DNA of 64,000 nucleotides from Eledone cirrhosa (GCA_964016885.1 OZ024742.1:327670001-327734000), one strand, 5' to 3'; counted from the stretch's first letter, positions 1-13,465 are shown. Notes: generated from the sequence alone by a model not told the origin. A program made the numbers and translations.

Positions 1-163
1 TGAGGTGGGGAATGATATAGTAGAGCAGTGCATAAATATAGAGCGAGAGAGATAGCAAGACACTGTATAAATAGAGAGAGAAGTAGAAAGAGATTTAATA
101 AGAGAGTGTATACGTATATAAAACGAGAGAGAGAGCGTGTATGCGAGAAAGAGAAGGTGTGTG

Positions 164-231
<68 letters not shown>

Positions 232-460
232 ACAATGAGATAGAGTATAAATAGATATTGAGATGTAGAGAATAAGCTGACGGGGAAGAGAATAAACTGT
301 AATACTGGAGGAAGGGAATATAACATATGAGTGAAGGAAGAAACTATACGACATGATAACACTTGTTACCATAGCAAGTATAAAACATAGTTGCACTTTA
401 TACGAAATAGTCAAGACTCAATCTGATAAATGTGACTGTTTCAATAAAATTGTTCAGTCG

Positions 461-532
461 TCCCAAGTGGTCTAGTGGTTAGGATTCCGCGCTCTCACCG
501 CGGCGGCCGGGGTTCGATTCCCCGCTTGGGAA
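461..532 (+). tRNA. tRNA-Glu-CTC: tRNA-Glu(CTC)
   Basis: 72-nt cloverleaf TCCCAAGTGGTCTAGTGGTTAGGATT-CCGCG-CT-CTC-AC-CGCGG...GGTTCGATTCCCCGCTTGGGAA; intact A/B boxes; T-run follows. Confidence 0.95.
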
Positions 533-536
533 ACGA

Positions 537-544
537 TTTTTTTT
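537..544 (+). terminator. Pol III terminator (T8) of tRNA-Glu
   Basis: 8 T starting 5 nt after the tRNA 3' end. Confidence 0.75.
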
Positions 545-639
545 CTTCCTGCGTTACAATTGTGTTTCTTATGTTCAAATCTACAAAGAATGGGTGATTC
601 TATTTCTATATAATTGATGTTTATAATAGTAAAAACAAT

Positions 640-950
640 TAAATAGAAAAAGAAAAAAAAAATTATTTAGATTGAAAAGAAAAGAAGGGAAAGGCAAGGG
701 CTCTAGTCACGGAAGAATGGGGAGGGGAAAGAGGCAAGCTGATCGAGATCTGGGCCTAGGGTGCGGCAGTAATGGGCTGCGCTCCGTGATCAAGACCGCA
801 AAACCATTCCCGTGGACAATGGCCAGCGATACCCGCTGCAATAGTCACTCCACCTCACGGGGCTCCATCCTCAGATGGGCCGTCGACTTTCAGATCTTGC
901 GGAGGAGCTCGGTAGTGAGGGGTCCATGTAAGCCTGAGGTCTCGGAGTAG
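640..950 (-). mobile_element. 5'-truncated 3' end of a CRE-like non-LTR retrotransposon (C-terminus of the restriction-like endonuclease plus 3'UTR), degenerate
   Basis: Minus-strand read-through translation SETSGLHGPLTTELLRKI*KSTAHLRMEPREVE*LLQRVSLAIVHGNGFAVL matches the CRE C-terminal pattern ETxGxxG..LL..I...W/FLxQRxSLAIxRGNAxxV; two TGA at probable G and W positions; GC-rich island. Confidence 0.7.
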
Positions 951-1142
951 AAAAAAACTGAAGCGTTTGTAGTTATCAGTTTATGTATACATTCGGACTG
1001 ACCAGATATTTCCTTGGTACCGCAGCCTTGAGTTAATGTAAAATCGTGAGTAAAATTATTTTGACTGTATTTCAAAACAGAATTACACAAAGTACTTCAT
1101 CAGCATCTTCAGTTAATGTTCATTCTTCCAAAAAATTTTCAC

Positions 1143-1215
1143 CGACCACGACGAAATTCGAACTCGCAATCTTCTGATTCGAAGTCAGACGCCTTATCCA
1201 TTAGGCCACGTGGCC
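1143..1215 (-). tRNA. tRNA-Arg-TCG: tRNA-Arg(TCG)
   Basis: Reverse complement GGCCACGTGGCCTAATGGATAAGGCGTCTGACTTCGAATCAGAAGATTGCGAGTTCGAATTTCGTCGTGGTCG; anticodon TCG; T-stem has G-U pairs; T6 terminator downstream. Confidence 0.88.
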
Positions 1216-1325
1216 AGTACATCTCTTCCAACTCATGCAAACATGGAAGAATGAACATTACACAAAGTAGTAAACAGGATAGCTATTTAAATGTCAGGTA
1301 ATAACACACAGACGCGCGCGCATGC

Positions 1326-1475
<150 letters not shown>

Positions 1476-1546
1476 TATCAGAAGCTATGCCAACTTTACA
1501 ATATAGTTCAAAAGATAATGACAAAAAATAAAGAAACAGTAATATG

Positions 1547-1612
1547 AAGCGGGATATCGGACCCCGGTCGTCGCGGTGAGAACTCATTTACTAACCCTCC
1601 ATTCATATAGGT
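1547..1612 (-). pseudogene. Degenerate tRNA-Glu(CTC) copy
   Basis: Reverse complement TCTCACCGCGACGACCGGGGTCCGATATCCCGCTT aligns with the 3' half of the tRNA at 461-532; 5' half decayed, B box mutated. Confidence 0.7.
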
Positions 1613-1809
1613 TATTCTCGTCCTCAACTCATGCGGTTTATACTCATCTTAGTGATTGGACAAGTAGGGATCAATATAATTGGTAACAATAAAATTACTG
1701 CAGGGGTACACAATATACTGATCCTATAAAGGTGGTACCCCAAATGGGTGCTGTCAAACTACTTAAAGCAGAAACAGAATAACGGTTTTATAGCTATTTC
1801 TCTGATTGT

Positions 1810-1890
1810 TGACTTTGGTGAAAGTGTTTAAAACAGTTGTGGATAGGAGTTTAAGGCCTTTGCAGTTCGTCAGAGAGAAATTGTTCCCTA
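1810..1890 (-). mobile_element. Degenerate LINE RT fragment (RTE-like)
   Basis: Translates LTNCKGLKLLSTTVLNTFTKV, resembling the NYRGIxLLS..K.F.K RT motif. Confidence 0.35.
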
Positions 1891-2757
1891 ACCTCCGATC
1901 TCTCTTCATCATTCTCCACTATAGGGCCACGAAACAAGATATTAGCGGTTCCCAACATAGGATCTATAGAGTCAGTACTGAGGGTCATTGAGCTAAGTTA
2001 AATAATTCAAGTATTTTGTTAAAAAATATATGTACACACTATTGGCTCCCCATTCCTATCTAAGTATAAACATTTCACTCTTCCGATTGTTATTCTCTCC
2101 ATATCGGAGGGTAGCAATTGTTGTATGTGCCCGTGAGAAAATTCGATTAAATTAATACAGGTTCTTAGGGTGAAAAGTTGGAAACCACTGTGTTCAGACC
2201 TGTCAACCCTCCCCGTCCGACGGGAAGATCTCCCACACGCTTTGACGTGGGTGAGAGATGTCTTCTCTTGTGAAAATAAGTATAGCTTTCATAATGCAAA
2301 ATCTCCCCATTCTGCCTCATTCCTCCGCGTTTTGGAGCACTTTTTATGGTACTTCCCGTTTGGGTTTTTAAGGGGTGGCGGGTCTGCTGTGTTAAAAGCT
2401 TTACTCCTCACAGTAACTGCGAAATTAAGCTCTGCCATTGATTATTTGTTGCCGATATAGTCTATTATTAGATTCCTCGGGCTGCAGAATATTCCCTATT
2501 CAGGTAAGTTCATTGTTTGAGAATGTGTATTATAATTGTGCCAAGCTGTATTTTTCCATCGTGCAGGACACAAAGACTTTAAAGTCAAAACACAACCATA
2601 TAAAATGGCAGACATGCTAGAGTATTTTTTTAAGGAATTTTTTTTTCGTCTTTATTTCATGTAGTAAGGTGGCTCTGGTGTCCTAACTCCTATAGCCATG
2701 TCTGACATGAGTTGTTGACATGAGTTGTATATATATATATGTATAAATATGCACTCA

Positions 2758-2817
<60 letters not shown>

Positions 2818-3125
2818 CGTATATATACATAGGTATGTATGTTTATAGACATAGCGCACAAAATATATAGTTGCTTTTGTAAGTATGTATCAATGTATGT
2901 ATGTATGTATGTATGTATGTATGTATGTATGTATGTATGTATGTATGTATGTATGTATGTATGTATGTACGTGCGTATGTATGTTTGATTGTGTATATAT
3001 GGATGTGTGTGTACATATTTGTGAAACCTACGCATTTCTTTTCGTTGCAATTTGTATTTTTAAGACCGACAAAGCTATATATTTGTATACTCCTTAACAT
3101 TTGTTTTACACGCACACTCACACAA

Positions 3126-3166
<41 letters not shown>

Positions 3167-3350
3167 CACACACATATATACACACATATATAAACACACT
3201 TGTGTATATATCTGTATTTACAGTTTATTTTTCTTGTCATAACTCAACTCTCTTCTATATTGACTCAACATTCCGCTATCGATTGTACCGAATTGACCTC
3301 AATCTCCCACGTGACATCACTTGGCCAATGGTATTTCTCTGATAGTATAT

Positions 3351-3449
3351 AGGGTGTTCCCCAAAAATATATACACGCTTCAACAGCATTCTAATAAATA
3401 TTGCCTGTACTGGTAATGAAAGTATGTATATATTTTTTGGGGACACCTT
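3351..3449. mobile_element. Tc1/mariner-type MITE, about 100 bp
   Basis: Imperfect TIRs AGGGTGTTCCCCAAAAATATATAC / GTATATATTTTTTGGGGACACCTT, similar to (TA)CAGGGTGTCC ends. Confidence 0.6.
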
Positions 3450-3872
3450 GTTTTTTTCTCATTTTTCTGAATATATTTGCTTGCTTCTCTGTGTGTGTGT
3501 GTGATTTGGACCTCCATCGATTACGACGATGACTTCTTAGGGCCAGTGTTTGGACATTTGGCGTCACCTTTTAGTAGTTAAGTGTATTATTCTCCAAAAC
3601 CAATTATCGTTTGTTATCCTGACAAGCCTAGATTTTGACACGTCTTGCTCTGACCACAGTAAGAAAATATCTAGGCCTGCATTTTCCCCAACACAGTCCA
3701 CGCTCAGCATACACTCTGAGCATCGTTTTAGGTATTTTCACAATGCTTCTATGTGGAAAAGATATTTAGCAACATATTTATTGATTGTAGGAAATTATCA
3801 TTTATTTAAACGAAAACAAAAATAAAAATAAAAATAAAAATAAAACAAAAAAACGTCATCCTTTAAGATATA

Positions 3873-4050
3873 ATTGTTTCTATTTTGGGTACAAGGCCAT
3901 CAATTATCTCAGTGCATTACTGGTACTTTATTTTATCGACCCCGTAACGATGAAAGGCAAAGTTAACCATGGTGGGATTTGAATCAGACCGTAAAGGGCC
4001 GTAACTCTATGCTGCAAAGCATAGTTTCTGACGCTCTACGGCGGTTGCCC
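3873..4050 (-). mobile_element. tRNA-derived SINE family 1
   Basis: Shared core TTTGCCTTTCATC(C/G)TTACGGGGTCGATAAAATAAAGTACCAG and a B-box-like (G)TTCAAATCCC; many copies in window. Confidence 0.85.
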
Positions 4051-4339
4051 AGTGTGCTCTAATGGGAGCGCCGGTTTTGATTGTTCTACTAGTTAGATGA
4101 ATGGAACAGTCTGCTGGTGAAATTAATGTGTAAAAGCTGAGCATTCTACAGAGATATATAACCTTAACGTAATTTTCAGGATGATTCAACGTGACACAAT
4201 ATGTGATAAGGCTTGCCTTTTGAATTAAAGGTACAACGCATTTTTTTCATGCTCAAAGACACACGCACTACCGGGAATTGAGCTTTCGACCTAACAAGAA
4301 CACTCTTCTTCATCTTGCTCTTGCTCGACGAGGCCGGGG

Positions 4340-4615
4340 TCATCCTAAGCCTGCGATCCCAGAAGCAACATTGTGCTAGAGCCGACGTGTCGGTTTCGTG
4401 GCGTGAAGCGACTGAGAGTACAATACTTCCCCCTGGACAGGACACCAGTCCATCGCAGGATTAAACCTCCAGCTATTGCTGGTACACATTTTCAGCTAAT
4501 TATACTTCAGCAACGTTAAATGAAGTGTTTTGTTCAAGAACACAACATGCAACCCAGCCCAGTAATCAAACCCACGACATTAAGATCCAACACCCTTACC
4601 ACTGGGCCACGTGCC
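4340..4615 (-). mobile_element. tRNA-derived SINE family 2 (Meta/MESC-like core)
   Basis: Head GGCACGTGGCCCAGTGGTAAGG..., then TGTGTTCTTGAACAAAACACTT and CCTGCGATGGACTGGTGTCCTGTCCAGGGGG core; related heads at 33625-33790, 43843-43970, 57910-58110 (+) and 17000-17240, 35860-36110 (-). Confidence 0.7.
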
Positions 4616-5064
4616 TCCATACACGCTAGCCAACACCCTATCCTAATTCGTGTATTACGAAGCCACGCACCTCCACAAGCATAAATAAATAAAGATGTTT
4701 TTAAACGAATATTTCATACATACATATTTACGGACATATAGATACATATACGCACCCACCCTCATACATACACCCACATACATACATACACCCACCCACC
4801 CTCATATATATACTTGTATTAAAAGCTTATTGCAATCAAAATTAATGGTTCTCAAACTCTTCAGTTGCTTAATGTTATCAGATAGTTCTCGTTTTCGAAA
4901 GGGTTATTTCCACAGGGTTCACAATAAGCGGCTTCCATCGTCTAGTATATTTTATATTGTTGACACGACTATGTTCAAATTTCATCAATTTTTAATACAA
5001 ATCTTTCGTATTTCCTTATTACTCCTTTATGATCAGTTTGGAAATTATTTGAAAAAACAAAGTT

Positions 5065-5194
<130 letters not shown>

Positions 5195-5240
5195 GCAAGT
5201 AAGTATGTTTTGAAACAGTGAGCAGGTTTGAAATTAGAAA

Positions 5241-5440
5241 ATAGAATAGCTTTCACCGTATTTTTGACTAAAGGAATTTTAGCCTGATAATGGGGTTTAG
5301 AACACTCAGATAAATGGAAAAAGATGAGTATTGACGTACATGTACGTCAATACTCATCTTTTTCCATTTATCTGAGTGTTCTAAACCCCATTATCAGGCT
5401 AAAATTCCTTTAGTCAAAAATACGGTGAAAGCTATTCTAT
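5241..5440. repeat. Perfect 200-bp spacerless palindrome with an unduplicated flank (5191-5240), between (TA)n arrays
   Basis: ATAGAATAGC...TTGACGTACA|TGTACGTCAA...GCTATTCTAT; arms are exact reverse complements. Confidence 0.95.
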
Positions 5441-5748
5441 ATATATATATATAAATGTAAGTCCAAAGAATCATTAGATAAAATATATACAGTATTTCCT
5501 CTCCCAACCAGTATAAATTAACCACACAAAAAATCATTTAAACGAGGCTATAAGTTTAAAATGTACTTATGAAGAAGTAATAGACAAATGCTACAGATTC
5601 TTTCCGCGATGTACAGCCATATGACACTTACCTAATACTTCTTCTAGCCTGTAGAAATTGACTATATAAATAGTTAAATACACGGAATTATGTACAAAAT
5701 CGAAGTTACAAGAAAAAATACGCATAAATTTTACCAGAATTCTCATAG

Positions 5749-5832
5749 TCTCTACCAACCGGTGGTTTCGTTCCACTTTTTGGATATACCCGGTCTTGGA
5801 TAAATCCACGAGGCTCAGAACTCATCAGGAGA
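5749..5832 (-). ncRNA. Type I hammerhead ribozyme motif (canonical core)
   Basis: TCTC-CTGATGA-GTTC...TGGATTTATCC/GGGTATATCCA...GAAC-GAAA-CCACCGGTTGG-TA-GAGA; stems I, II and III all pair; GUA cleavage triplet. Confidence 0.8.
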
Positions 5833-6115
5833 TTCTCCAGAGTGGACTAAGATTCTTCTACCATGCTCCTCGCCAGAAATGAATGCAAAATGGCTAAGAA
5901 CCATCACGTGGCCAGTGGTCAAGGCAGAAAGTTTGTAATTGGTGCCTGTCGGCGAGTAGGCTGGTTGCTAATATATATATATATATATATATATCGAAAA
6001 TATTCTTACTTGTATATATATATATATACATGCATACATAAATACACACACACATGCATGCACACATATATATACACACACACACACGCACATATATATA
6101 TATATATATATATAA

Positions 6116-6321
6116 GTTTATCCCCGGTTCAATCGGGGGTAACCACAGTAAGTAAGGTACTTAATACAAAACAGAGTATAAATATTTAATATAGAAATGG
6201 TTTCTACAAGACTAGAACTGTTTCATTCGAGAGAAATCACCAGGAAGCCCTGATGTGTCTTGATGATTTCTCCCGAATGAAACAGTTCTAGTCCTGTAGA
6301 AGCCATTTCTATATTAAATAT
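6116..6321 (-). mobile_element. Fold-back PLE-derived mini-element (family A) with two mirror HHR motifs (6199-6249 -, 6255-6304 +)
   Basis: Inverted repeat 6182-6321; consensus GGCTTC-CTGATGA-TTTCTCCCGAAT-GAAA-CAGTTCTAGTCCTG-TA-GAAGCC; relatives at 10035-10150, 43733-43772, 44085-44220. Confidence 0.75.
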
Positions 6322-6382
6322 ATATATATATATATATATGATAAAGAACACAAGAGCATCTACAACATCAAAAGATTTTTAT

Positions 6383-6431
6383 TGGCTTACAATGTTTCTT
6401 CCTTACGTAACCGTAGGATTCGTCAGAGCTA
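6383..6431 (-). ncRNA. Type I hammerhead ribozyme motif at the end of a probable PLE 3' UTR (about 6340-7140)
   Basis: GCT-CTGACGA-ATCCTACGGTTACGTAAGGAA-GAAA-CATTG-TA-AGC. Confidence 0.78.
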
Positions 6432-7637
6432 TAAAAGGGGGTTTGATTGGTGTTATAGACTCTACCAACCAAACATTCAAGAACAAAGAGTAAAGAGAGT
6501 AAAGAGCAAAAGTAGGGGACGATAAGTCTAATTTTGGTGCGGGAGGGTGGGGTGTGGGTCCTTGTTTACTAGCTGCGGTCATATTCATTCCCGGGAGTCG
6601 AGTGGTTAGCTGAACCATAGATGGGGTGGCGTTGATAGTAGGGTGCAGAGGGTGTGCATAGGCTACACACACACAAAGGGCATACAATATATATATAACG
6701 GAGGAGAAAGTACATGAAGTAATTAGAAATGGAAAAAGAGTAATAATAATAATCTATAATTAATAATGTATAATAAGGCATGGGGAAGATTACACTATAA
6801 TAAGGTATAAAAGTAAGAATAAGGTAAAATATAAAGGAGGATAAAAGTGAAAATAAGAATAAAGATTTAAAAAAAATATATATATATATTAAAAAAATAT
6901 ATAGAGAATATATAAAGAAATATAAGCAAGTATTTGAAGGGGAAAACACAATGTAAAAAAACCGATTTTTTAAAATAAAAATATTATAATTATGGGGGGA
7001 GAAAATGGGATAGAGAAATATAATCAGATGTGATTAATTGAGAGAATATAAGATGATAATAGTTTTGTCAAGTTTATACATCTTAATAATAAATAATCTG
7101 TATATCAGAGTTACAGAACCTTCAATTCACTTACAGGTTCAAGCCACGTGGCATAGTCCATTGTTTATCTGTGCGGTCATGTGCGTTTGTTTTTGACACC
7201 ACAGCAGATGCACAAGTTCGTAAATTCAAATGCAGATAGAAATCTATTTTTGCTCACCCAGACATTGACGGAAGATCCAATATTCCTAGTTCAATATGTG
7301 TGTGGTGTTATTTTGATCGCACAAATCAATCACTTGGTTCAATATTATGGAGTATGGTTTTCTGGTCTTCGTAACAGTGTCAGTGGTTGTATATCTGGAA
7401 ATTACAAGGATCACAGCACTCCGGTTTGGTGTGATTATCGGTCATCCAGCTATGTTGTCGGTGGTTGGATTCAATTCTATTGCCCCGAACGTAGAACTTT
7501 GGTGTCGATTGAACATTAACGAGGCAGAGTGAGATCGCATCTGTGGTACAAAACGGACACGGGTATACAATACCTAACTCCTATTAACCTAAGTATATAT
7601 ATATATGTATATATATTCTATCATTACCACCGAAAAG

Positions 7638-7722
7638 GGTTCGGCGAGCCGTCGATTACAGAGTCGGGCTAGATCGATACAGATCAAAACTTGAGCTGAT
7701 CGGTGGCGAAACGGGCGTCACC
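7638..7722 (+). ncRNA. Degenerate HHR-like motif with enlarged stem II (paralog at 23313-23387)
   Basis: GGT-TCGGCGA-GCCGTCGATT...GATCGGTGGC-GAAA-CGGGCG-TC-ACC. Confidence 0.5.
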
Positions 7723-7862
7723 AACCAATAAACGTAATGAAGGAGTAACCACTCGTCCTTGTTTTGTTTTATTTTATTATATATAGCTAGTAATAATAAT
7801 AAATTCAAAGACTAAAATCCAAAGAGGGCTCGATAAGGATAAATATATATCAAATATATAAA

Positions 7863-7923
<61 letters not shown>

Positions 7924-8016
7924 TATATGTGTTCACAATACACTGACGCACAGGCGGATGCTGCTTCCCATATATATGCGTGTGTGTGTGTATATATATA
8001 TATAAATAAATAAATA

Positions 8017-8055
<39 letters not shown>

Positions 8056-8109
8056 GGTGTTAAAGTATTATATATATATATATATATATATATAATACTT
8101 TGTTAATGC

Positions 8110-8161
<52 letters not shown>

Positions 8162-8930
8162 AAGCGTGGCGTAGGCTATTCAATTTAGTATTGTTGTATA
8201 TATACATATGTTTACTCTGCAACCTGTTTAAGAGTAACCATGACTAACTCATTCGCCTACCCATGTCCCACCCAAACTTCCTGCAGAGTTCCCTAACAAG
8301 TAGTACACTAAACAATAAACAAGATGTTCCGTTACTGTTGTACAACTAAATGGAACTCCCTTACAACGGCCGGGGTTTACCCGTTTTCTTTTTCATTGGT
8401 TCTGTCCTTTTTCTTTTTCAATTAGCTCTGCAGAGGCGGACTGGTCATACGGGCATTTTTGGCAACCTCCTTTTCGCTCCTGGGCTGGCTGAAAAGAAAA
8501 ATGTCAGGAACACACGCACACATGCACGGACACATACACACACACATACACACACATACACACATATACATACACTTATATATATATTTCATGAATTCTG
8601 CACAAAGATAGAAACAAAAATAGAACACCCCTTAGCTGTGCTGTGAAATCTCGCCTCTGTCGACGAAGTCTGAAGGAAAGATATGTGCCCATGACATGTG
8701 CAGGTACTCCGAGACCGATGGGATTGATGCTAGCAGTGGTTGCAGGTCAACTCCTGTAGGAAAGACATGTAGTGATAGGCCAGGCGTTTGGGACATAATA
8801 TGTGTGATGAGAGGAGGAGCGACGAGTGTGATGCACAAACCACGTCCCCTGACAATACAGACAGTTAACCGCCAAAACCTTCGGCAATCAGTCTAGAACA
8901 AGCTGATGCCCTCGGGGGTCTCGACTCTTT

Positions 8931-9120
8931 GGGCGGTGGATTAGCAGTATCGATAGAGGGTCGGACGCCATCCTTTGACGCATAGAGTTACGGCCCTTGC
9001 CATTCTGAGTTCAAATCCCGCCGAGGTTAACTTTGCCTTTCATCCTTACGGGGTCGATAAAATAAAGTACCAGTAATGCACTGGGTATTTGCTGGCCTTG
9101 TGCCAAAAGTAGAAACAATT
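8931..9120 (+). mobile_element. tRNA-derived SINE family 1, full copy
   Basis: A-box-like TTAGCAGTATCG, B box GAGTTCAAATCCC, conserved body; near-identical to 56345-56538. Confidence 0.88.
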
Positions 9121-9149
9121 ATTATATTATATATATATATATATATATA

Positions 9150-9363
9150 TATTAATTAAAATAACTGATTAAAGTTTAAGCAAAGAATAGGTGCTTTCAC
9201 GCTTAACGGGATCTTCTGAAACTAACAAAGTCAATCTGTGAACGCAGAAGTGGATATTTCAAAAAACGTTGCAACCGGAGGAAGACAGGAAGACGATACT
9301 TTGGTTCGTGGAAACGTTCGCTGGCAAAGAACGGGAAAAAACGAATATAATACGTCATTAATA
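9150..9363. repeat. Dispersed ~210-bp repeat abutting (TA)n; direct copy at 14945-15160
   Basis: TTAAAGTTTAAGCAAAGAAT...GGAAACGTTCGCTGGCAAAGAACGGGAAAAAACGAAT shared by both copies. Confidence 0.8.
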
Positions 9364-9415
9364 CGCCTTATCGAGCCCTCTTTGGATTTTAGTCTTCAAA
9401 TTTATTATTATTACT

Positions 9416-9497
<82 letters not shown>

Positions 9498-9614
9498 TTC
9501 CATTTAAATTGTTGGGATACAACAAGCAAATATTTTTATAACTGATATAAAGCACTCAACAAATATTTGGAGTAAAACTACGATATTATTATATAACAAT
9601 ATATATATATATAT

Positions 9615-9696
<82 letters not shown>

Positions 9697-9709
9697 ATGT
9701 ATATATATA

Positions 9710-10012
9710 TTGTTATATTTGGAGAGGGTCATATTGTTATAATATTGCCAGAAATAATAACAGAACACACTGTTTGGTTAGTTTTCGCTTCTGTATCTTT
9801 TATATCTCCACAGTTAATTTAGTTGGTCCTTAATGTTTATCATTGACTGACCAACGGTCAAAAATACAGATATAATATAGATATAAACACATATATATAG
9901 TCTAACATCTGTTATTATTTCTGGTAATATTATTACAACAATATTGTTATACTCTCCAAGTGTAACAATATTTGTTTCGACACACCATTTCGTATTAAAA
10001 CCTCGCAAAACA
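9710..10012. mobile_element. Fold-back PLE-derived mini-element (family B)
   Basis: Terminal inverted repeats 9710-9764 / 9909-9970 plus a tail; homologous to 24000-24282, 30620-31015, 34685-34790. Confidence 0.7.
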
Positions 10013-10154
10013 TATATATATATATATATGGGGGGGGGGGTTCAATCAAGGGCAACCACAGTAACTAAGGTACTCAATACATTTGTAGAGTGTATTCAAC
10101 AAATTACAACACATTTAATATAGTAATGCCTTCTACAGGACTATATTAAATTTG

Positions 10155-10198
<44 letters not shown>

Positions 10199-10272
10199 AT
10201 AATAATAAATTTGAAGACTAAAATCCAAAGAGGGCTCGATAAGGATAAATATATATCAAATATATAAGAACC

Positions 10273-10322
<50 letters not shown>

Positions 10323-10352
10323 AGATCAAAAACTGGTTAAAAGAGTTCCATG

Positions 10353-10423
10353 TATTTTATTATGCGCATTTCAAAAACAAATATCATCATGCGATGACAT
10401 TTGCGTTTTCGTCAGATAAAATA
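10353..10423 (-). ncRNA. Type I HHR in the 3' pLTR of PLE copy 1
   Basis: Mirror image of 13516-13586. Confidence 0.88.
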
Positions 10424-11670
10424 GGGAGACATGATATGAAGGTTAAAAAACACTTGTGAATAGTGAAGTTTTAAATCAACATATGAAAAGTAGTTTTAGA
10501 TTGATGTGTGATATTGGGAAAATAAATTGAGGGGAGGAGGTTGGAAAGGATGAAAAAGAGGAGGAGATGAGAGTAAATAATGGAGGGGGAGGAGTATAAT
10601 AAGGAAGGATGAGATAGGAGGAGAGATGGGTGATAGAGAGAGAGAGATAGCTTTTATAACTGAGAAAAATATATTGTTTTACAGAGAGAGGTTAAAAAAC
10701 CGTTGGAAGATAATATATAAATTAAAAGAATTTGAAAATTAGCGAAGAGAAAAATTTAAGAATAATGTTAAATTAAGGTTTGTATATTGAAGGGTTTAAT
10801 AATATGTGCGATGAAAAGAAATTGTTAATATGTATTAAGAAAAATATTAAGTTAAGGTTTGAATATTGAAGGGTTTAATAATATGTGCGATGGAAAGAAA
10901 TTGTTGATATGTATTATTAAAAAAATAAAAATAGTAATGTAATTAAGGATATATTGTGAAAAGAAGTAGAAGAGTGGATGAATTATGAATTTAGAGGAAT
11001 TAGTTAGTGTTTAAGTTTGTTATTATGTAATGTAATATGTATGTGTAATATATGCAAATAGTTTGTTTACAAATGAGCGCAGAAAGCAAAGTAGGAGATA
11101 GTGTTTAAGGAGAAGACCTTAACATCAAAATATGTATGTTTATGAAGTATTTCCTAATGGTAATAATATAATGTAATAAAGGAGATTAGTTAGGCTTTAA
11201 GTTTGTTTTTATGTGTTGTGATGTGAAATATGTAGAAGTTAGACCAGCATGAAAGGGAGAAAAAAATAATGAATTGAGGATGAATAATCTAACGTAAAAA
11301 AAAATGTTTATGTTTACGAAGGATTTTTCAAGGTGATACTATAAAGTATTTAAAAGGGTAATAGTAAGTTTTATGGCCAGTGATAGGATGGAAGAAGGAA
11401 GAGTGGATATATTGTGGTGAGTAATAATGAGAATTGAGAAGTATCTAGGAAGAAAAGGTACAGATTAGAGGTTAGAAATTAAAAGAAAAAAGGAAAAAAG
11501 GATGAAAGGGAAGTGATAAATAGGAATGATATAGAATGAGTAACTAGTATTATATAATGTATAATAAATAACATTGAAATAAGGTAGAAAGATGGGTATA
11601 TTTTTAAAGAAATATATATATATATATGTGCCTTTGAGAAAAAGGATTTTAAATTGTAAAGTATTAGATA

Positions 11671-13465
11671 TTAGCTGTATACTTTATGGAATGTTCTGTG
11701 GAATTTATGCAAGCAGAGAGAAAACAAGTCAGTGCGTCTATTTATTATAGAATCTAAATTAGATATAATGGTAAATTTCTCACATAAACAGAGATTACAT
11801 GTTTTGGATAGAGAGGCATTCAAGTATGGAGAGGCAGAACAAACCTTCCTCCAAGAGATGTTATAGTTAATATTTTTGTCTTTCAAGGACCATATGAGTT
11901 CTGAGAGTGCCGTGTTGGTTCTTTTAAGTTGGTATTTAAAAGACGAATGATGATTATAAAGACGAACTTTAAAGGAGGTGGAAGTGGAGCCAAAATAGGT
12001 AAAGGAATTGGTGTCAGTTATAACTTTACATTCATAGATTAAGTTTTTTTCAAGACAATGGTTGTTGAGAGGACATTTATTTTTAACAGGGCAATTACAA
12101 TTGCGATTAGAGAAATTAACAGAGTTATTAACAAGTGACCTAGTGTTATCTATAGGAGTAATTGGATTGGAGAAGTTATTTACGATAGGAATAATAGTTT
12201 CTTGATTTAGATTGGGATTAAGAACATTTAACGAAGTTCCGTTTGACGTTGTATTTGGGTTTTCAGAAATTAGCCTAGAGTTAACAATGACGTCGGGAGT
12301 ACTATTACTATTATTATGTTGGAAGGAAGAGATTTAGTATTTAGTATTTTATTGTTGTGTTTAGAGATAATGTTGGAGATGTTGGAGGAGGTCGAATAGG
12401 AAAATGTTATAGTGTGTTTGTTAAATATTTTACTATAGATATGTGAGGGAGGGAAGAATTTATTTAAGGCACTAAAGAATAATTTAGGAATATTATTATT
12501 AATAGAGATGGAGAAAGGAGCATTATACCAGATTATGTTTTTGTATCTAGGTCTTTTATTAAAGTTATTGGAATGATCATGATTAATTATTCTACTGTAA
12601 GAACTTCTAGGATTTGTTTCTTTACTGTATTTGATTTTATCAGGATAACGGGATTTAGAAAGCGCGTTATTATAGTAATTGGCGTTAGCATCAGAGATGT
12701 TTGTATTAGATGATAGGTTGGATATTCTTTTTCCAATATTACTAACTATAGCATTCTTAATATTAGTGGGGTGGTTAGATTTAAAATTAACATAATTTAG
12801 ATTTTCATTGTTTTTATGGTAAGGGTAATATAGGCCAGTGTCAAGATTAAGAGATACATCCAAGAAGTTAGCTAGTTTGATGTTGTTATCAAATTCAATT
12901 TTTAAGTTATGTTGGTTAAAGAGATTACGTATATTGTTCTTAATAATATTAAGGTTAACTATGTTGCAATTTAAGATAGTAAAAATTCCACCGCGAAGTT
13001 GAGGAATTTTCCGATTCAAAGAGTTAAAAATAAAGATACCAATTAAATCTATCAATTGGGATGAATCGGATGCACCCATTGTAATGTCAAAGTTGTTAGA
13101 GGTATCAGCTCTGGTCCAATATTCATTGTTGAACTCTAGGATGGTTTTACGTGCGGTGAGAATGATATGAAGTTCATCTGTGGTGATGTCTGAATATTTG
13201 CAAGCGAAAGATAGTGCATTGTTGAGAAATGAGGGCGAAATAGAAGAATAGTAGCTGGCAATATCAAATTGAATAAATTTTTGTTTGTTTATCTTATTCA
13301 ATTTGTTGAACCAGCCAATCACTTCAGAAGTACCAAACCATAAATTTAAGTTCGAAGTAGAGCAATTAGAACGAACCTGTGGGATAATTCTATCCAAGAT
13401 GGCTTTGCTAACAACCCCCAGATCTGATTTAGAAGGGGCGATTAGTCTAACAGGTAGTTCAGTAC
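11671..13465 (-). pseudogene. Disrupted PLE RT-GIY-YIG ORF (ORF pieces 12270-13397 and 11671-11886)
   Basis: The catalytic GLYRDD motif is deleted (QLRGG|IFTIL), and the frame is broken in the linker before the endonuclease. Confidence 0.85.

Noticed and set aside
672-950. 92-aa plus-strand ORF, or a structured ncRNA (7SK/RNase P/MRP-like)
   Set aside because: The opposite strand gives a clear CRE-like peptide; I found no diagnostic ncRNA motifs.
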